From Oligoflexales bacterium (GTDB lineage: Bacteria; Bdellovibrionota_B; Oligoflexia; Oligoflexales; JAGOVF01), in assembly GCA_018060885.1 (NCBI GenBank), contig JAGOVF010000001.1, positions 2,481-66,480 on the forward strand: a stretch of 64,000 nt of DNA, in the 5' to 3' direction. Within the stretch, counting starts at the first letter, position 1. The number at the start of each line of letters is the position of its first letter. Position numbers and translations under genes: made by a program. Below, piece by piece: positions 63,754 to 64,000 of this stretch. The notes beneath the pieces were generated by a model. The model worked only from the letters and a program-made list of their open reading frames with translations, was not told the origin of the DNA and did no database searches.

Positions 63754-64000
63754 TACCTTTTGTATTCTTTACGCTTTTATCTTGAGCTGCGGATGCTTGC
63801 GCTGAGGAATCTTGCACTGAGGAATCTTGCGTAGTAGCAGCTTGTGTTTCCGGCTCTTCCTTCGCTTCGGCTTCAGCCACTTTTGTGTTTAACTCGGCAA
63901 TTAATTTTTCTTGCTCTGCTTGTTTTTTCAATAAGGTTTCGCGTTCTTTCGCAAAAGTTTGTTTTTCTTTTCTGATATTATTAATTTGATTTTTTACACC
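63728..64000 (-). CDS. C-terminal part of a coiled-coil, K/E/Q/A-rich protein (gene runs off the window end)
   Basis: The frame is open from 64000 (GVKNQINNIRKEKQTFAKERETLLKKQAEQEKLIAELNTKVAEAEAKEE...NAK*). The TTG listed in the track is probably internal. It overlaps the flgI start. Confidence 0.5.
   Translation of the reverse strand, partial: GVKNQINNIRKEKQTFAKERETLLKKQAEQEKLIAELNTKVAEAEAKEEPETQAATTQDSSVQDSSAQASAAQDKSVKNTKGNAEAKNAK

Noticed and set aside
1-64000. CRISPR arrays, IS elements, integrases, prophage or integron structures
   Set aside because: I scanned by eye for regularly spaced direct repeats and for transposase- or integrase-like ORFs and found none. The only repeats are the structured intergenic families reported above.

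Overview
This is a 64-kb chromosomal window from a flagellated, diderm bacterium, shown by LptD/LptE-like genes, outer-membrane beta-barrels and a fused SecDF. Gene content and an AT-leaning composition resemble Bdellovibrionota/Oligoflexia-type genomes, but that taxon call is inference only. I support about 50 protein genes, mostly on the minus strand. They are: a Bat/MoxR aerotolerance-type operon (MoxR, DUF58, DUF4381-like, BatA, BatB start); a YejABEF-like peptide ABC importer with split ATPases; a flagellin gene; a GldA/GldF/GldG-like ABC module plus DUF4340; a BtuFCD/FecBCD-type importer; a CHASE2 class III nucleotidyl cyclase; OM beta-barrels; FMN reductase and pirin; LptE-like, LptD, FolC and AccD; a PhoX-type phosphatase; SecDF; a SWIM-SNF2 helicase; EpmA; a Lon-like AAA protease; RlmN; a giant FapA/DUF342 protein; and a late flagellar cluster (flgI, rod-binding protein, flgM, flgN-like, flgK, flgL, csrA, fliW). 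I saw no rRNA, tRNA, CRISPR array, transposase or integrase. The most unusual content is non-coding. (1) An 84-nt core is almost identical in three copies. Each copy sits on top of a different, nearly perfect 30-36 bp stem and lies 26-56 nt downstream of a stop codon. One locus suggests the stem arose by inverted duplication of flanking DNA. (2) A second structured repeat family has two copies with compensatory base changes and a CU-rich tail. (3) Hairpin repeats of the 'GTCATYCTGAGC...GAAGRATC' type are present. Other points worth checking are a -1 frameshift in a 4-A run that cuts off the conserved C-terminus of phoX, a 13-bp hairpin that buries the phoX Shine-Dalgarno, a good sigma28-type promoter in front of the FapA-like gene, an unlisted 34-38 aa hyper-basic ORF with its own terminator, and a csrA-fliW pair with separate promoters and C-terminal extensions. 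All coordinates and alignments were done by eye; no database search or folding program was run.
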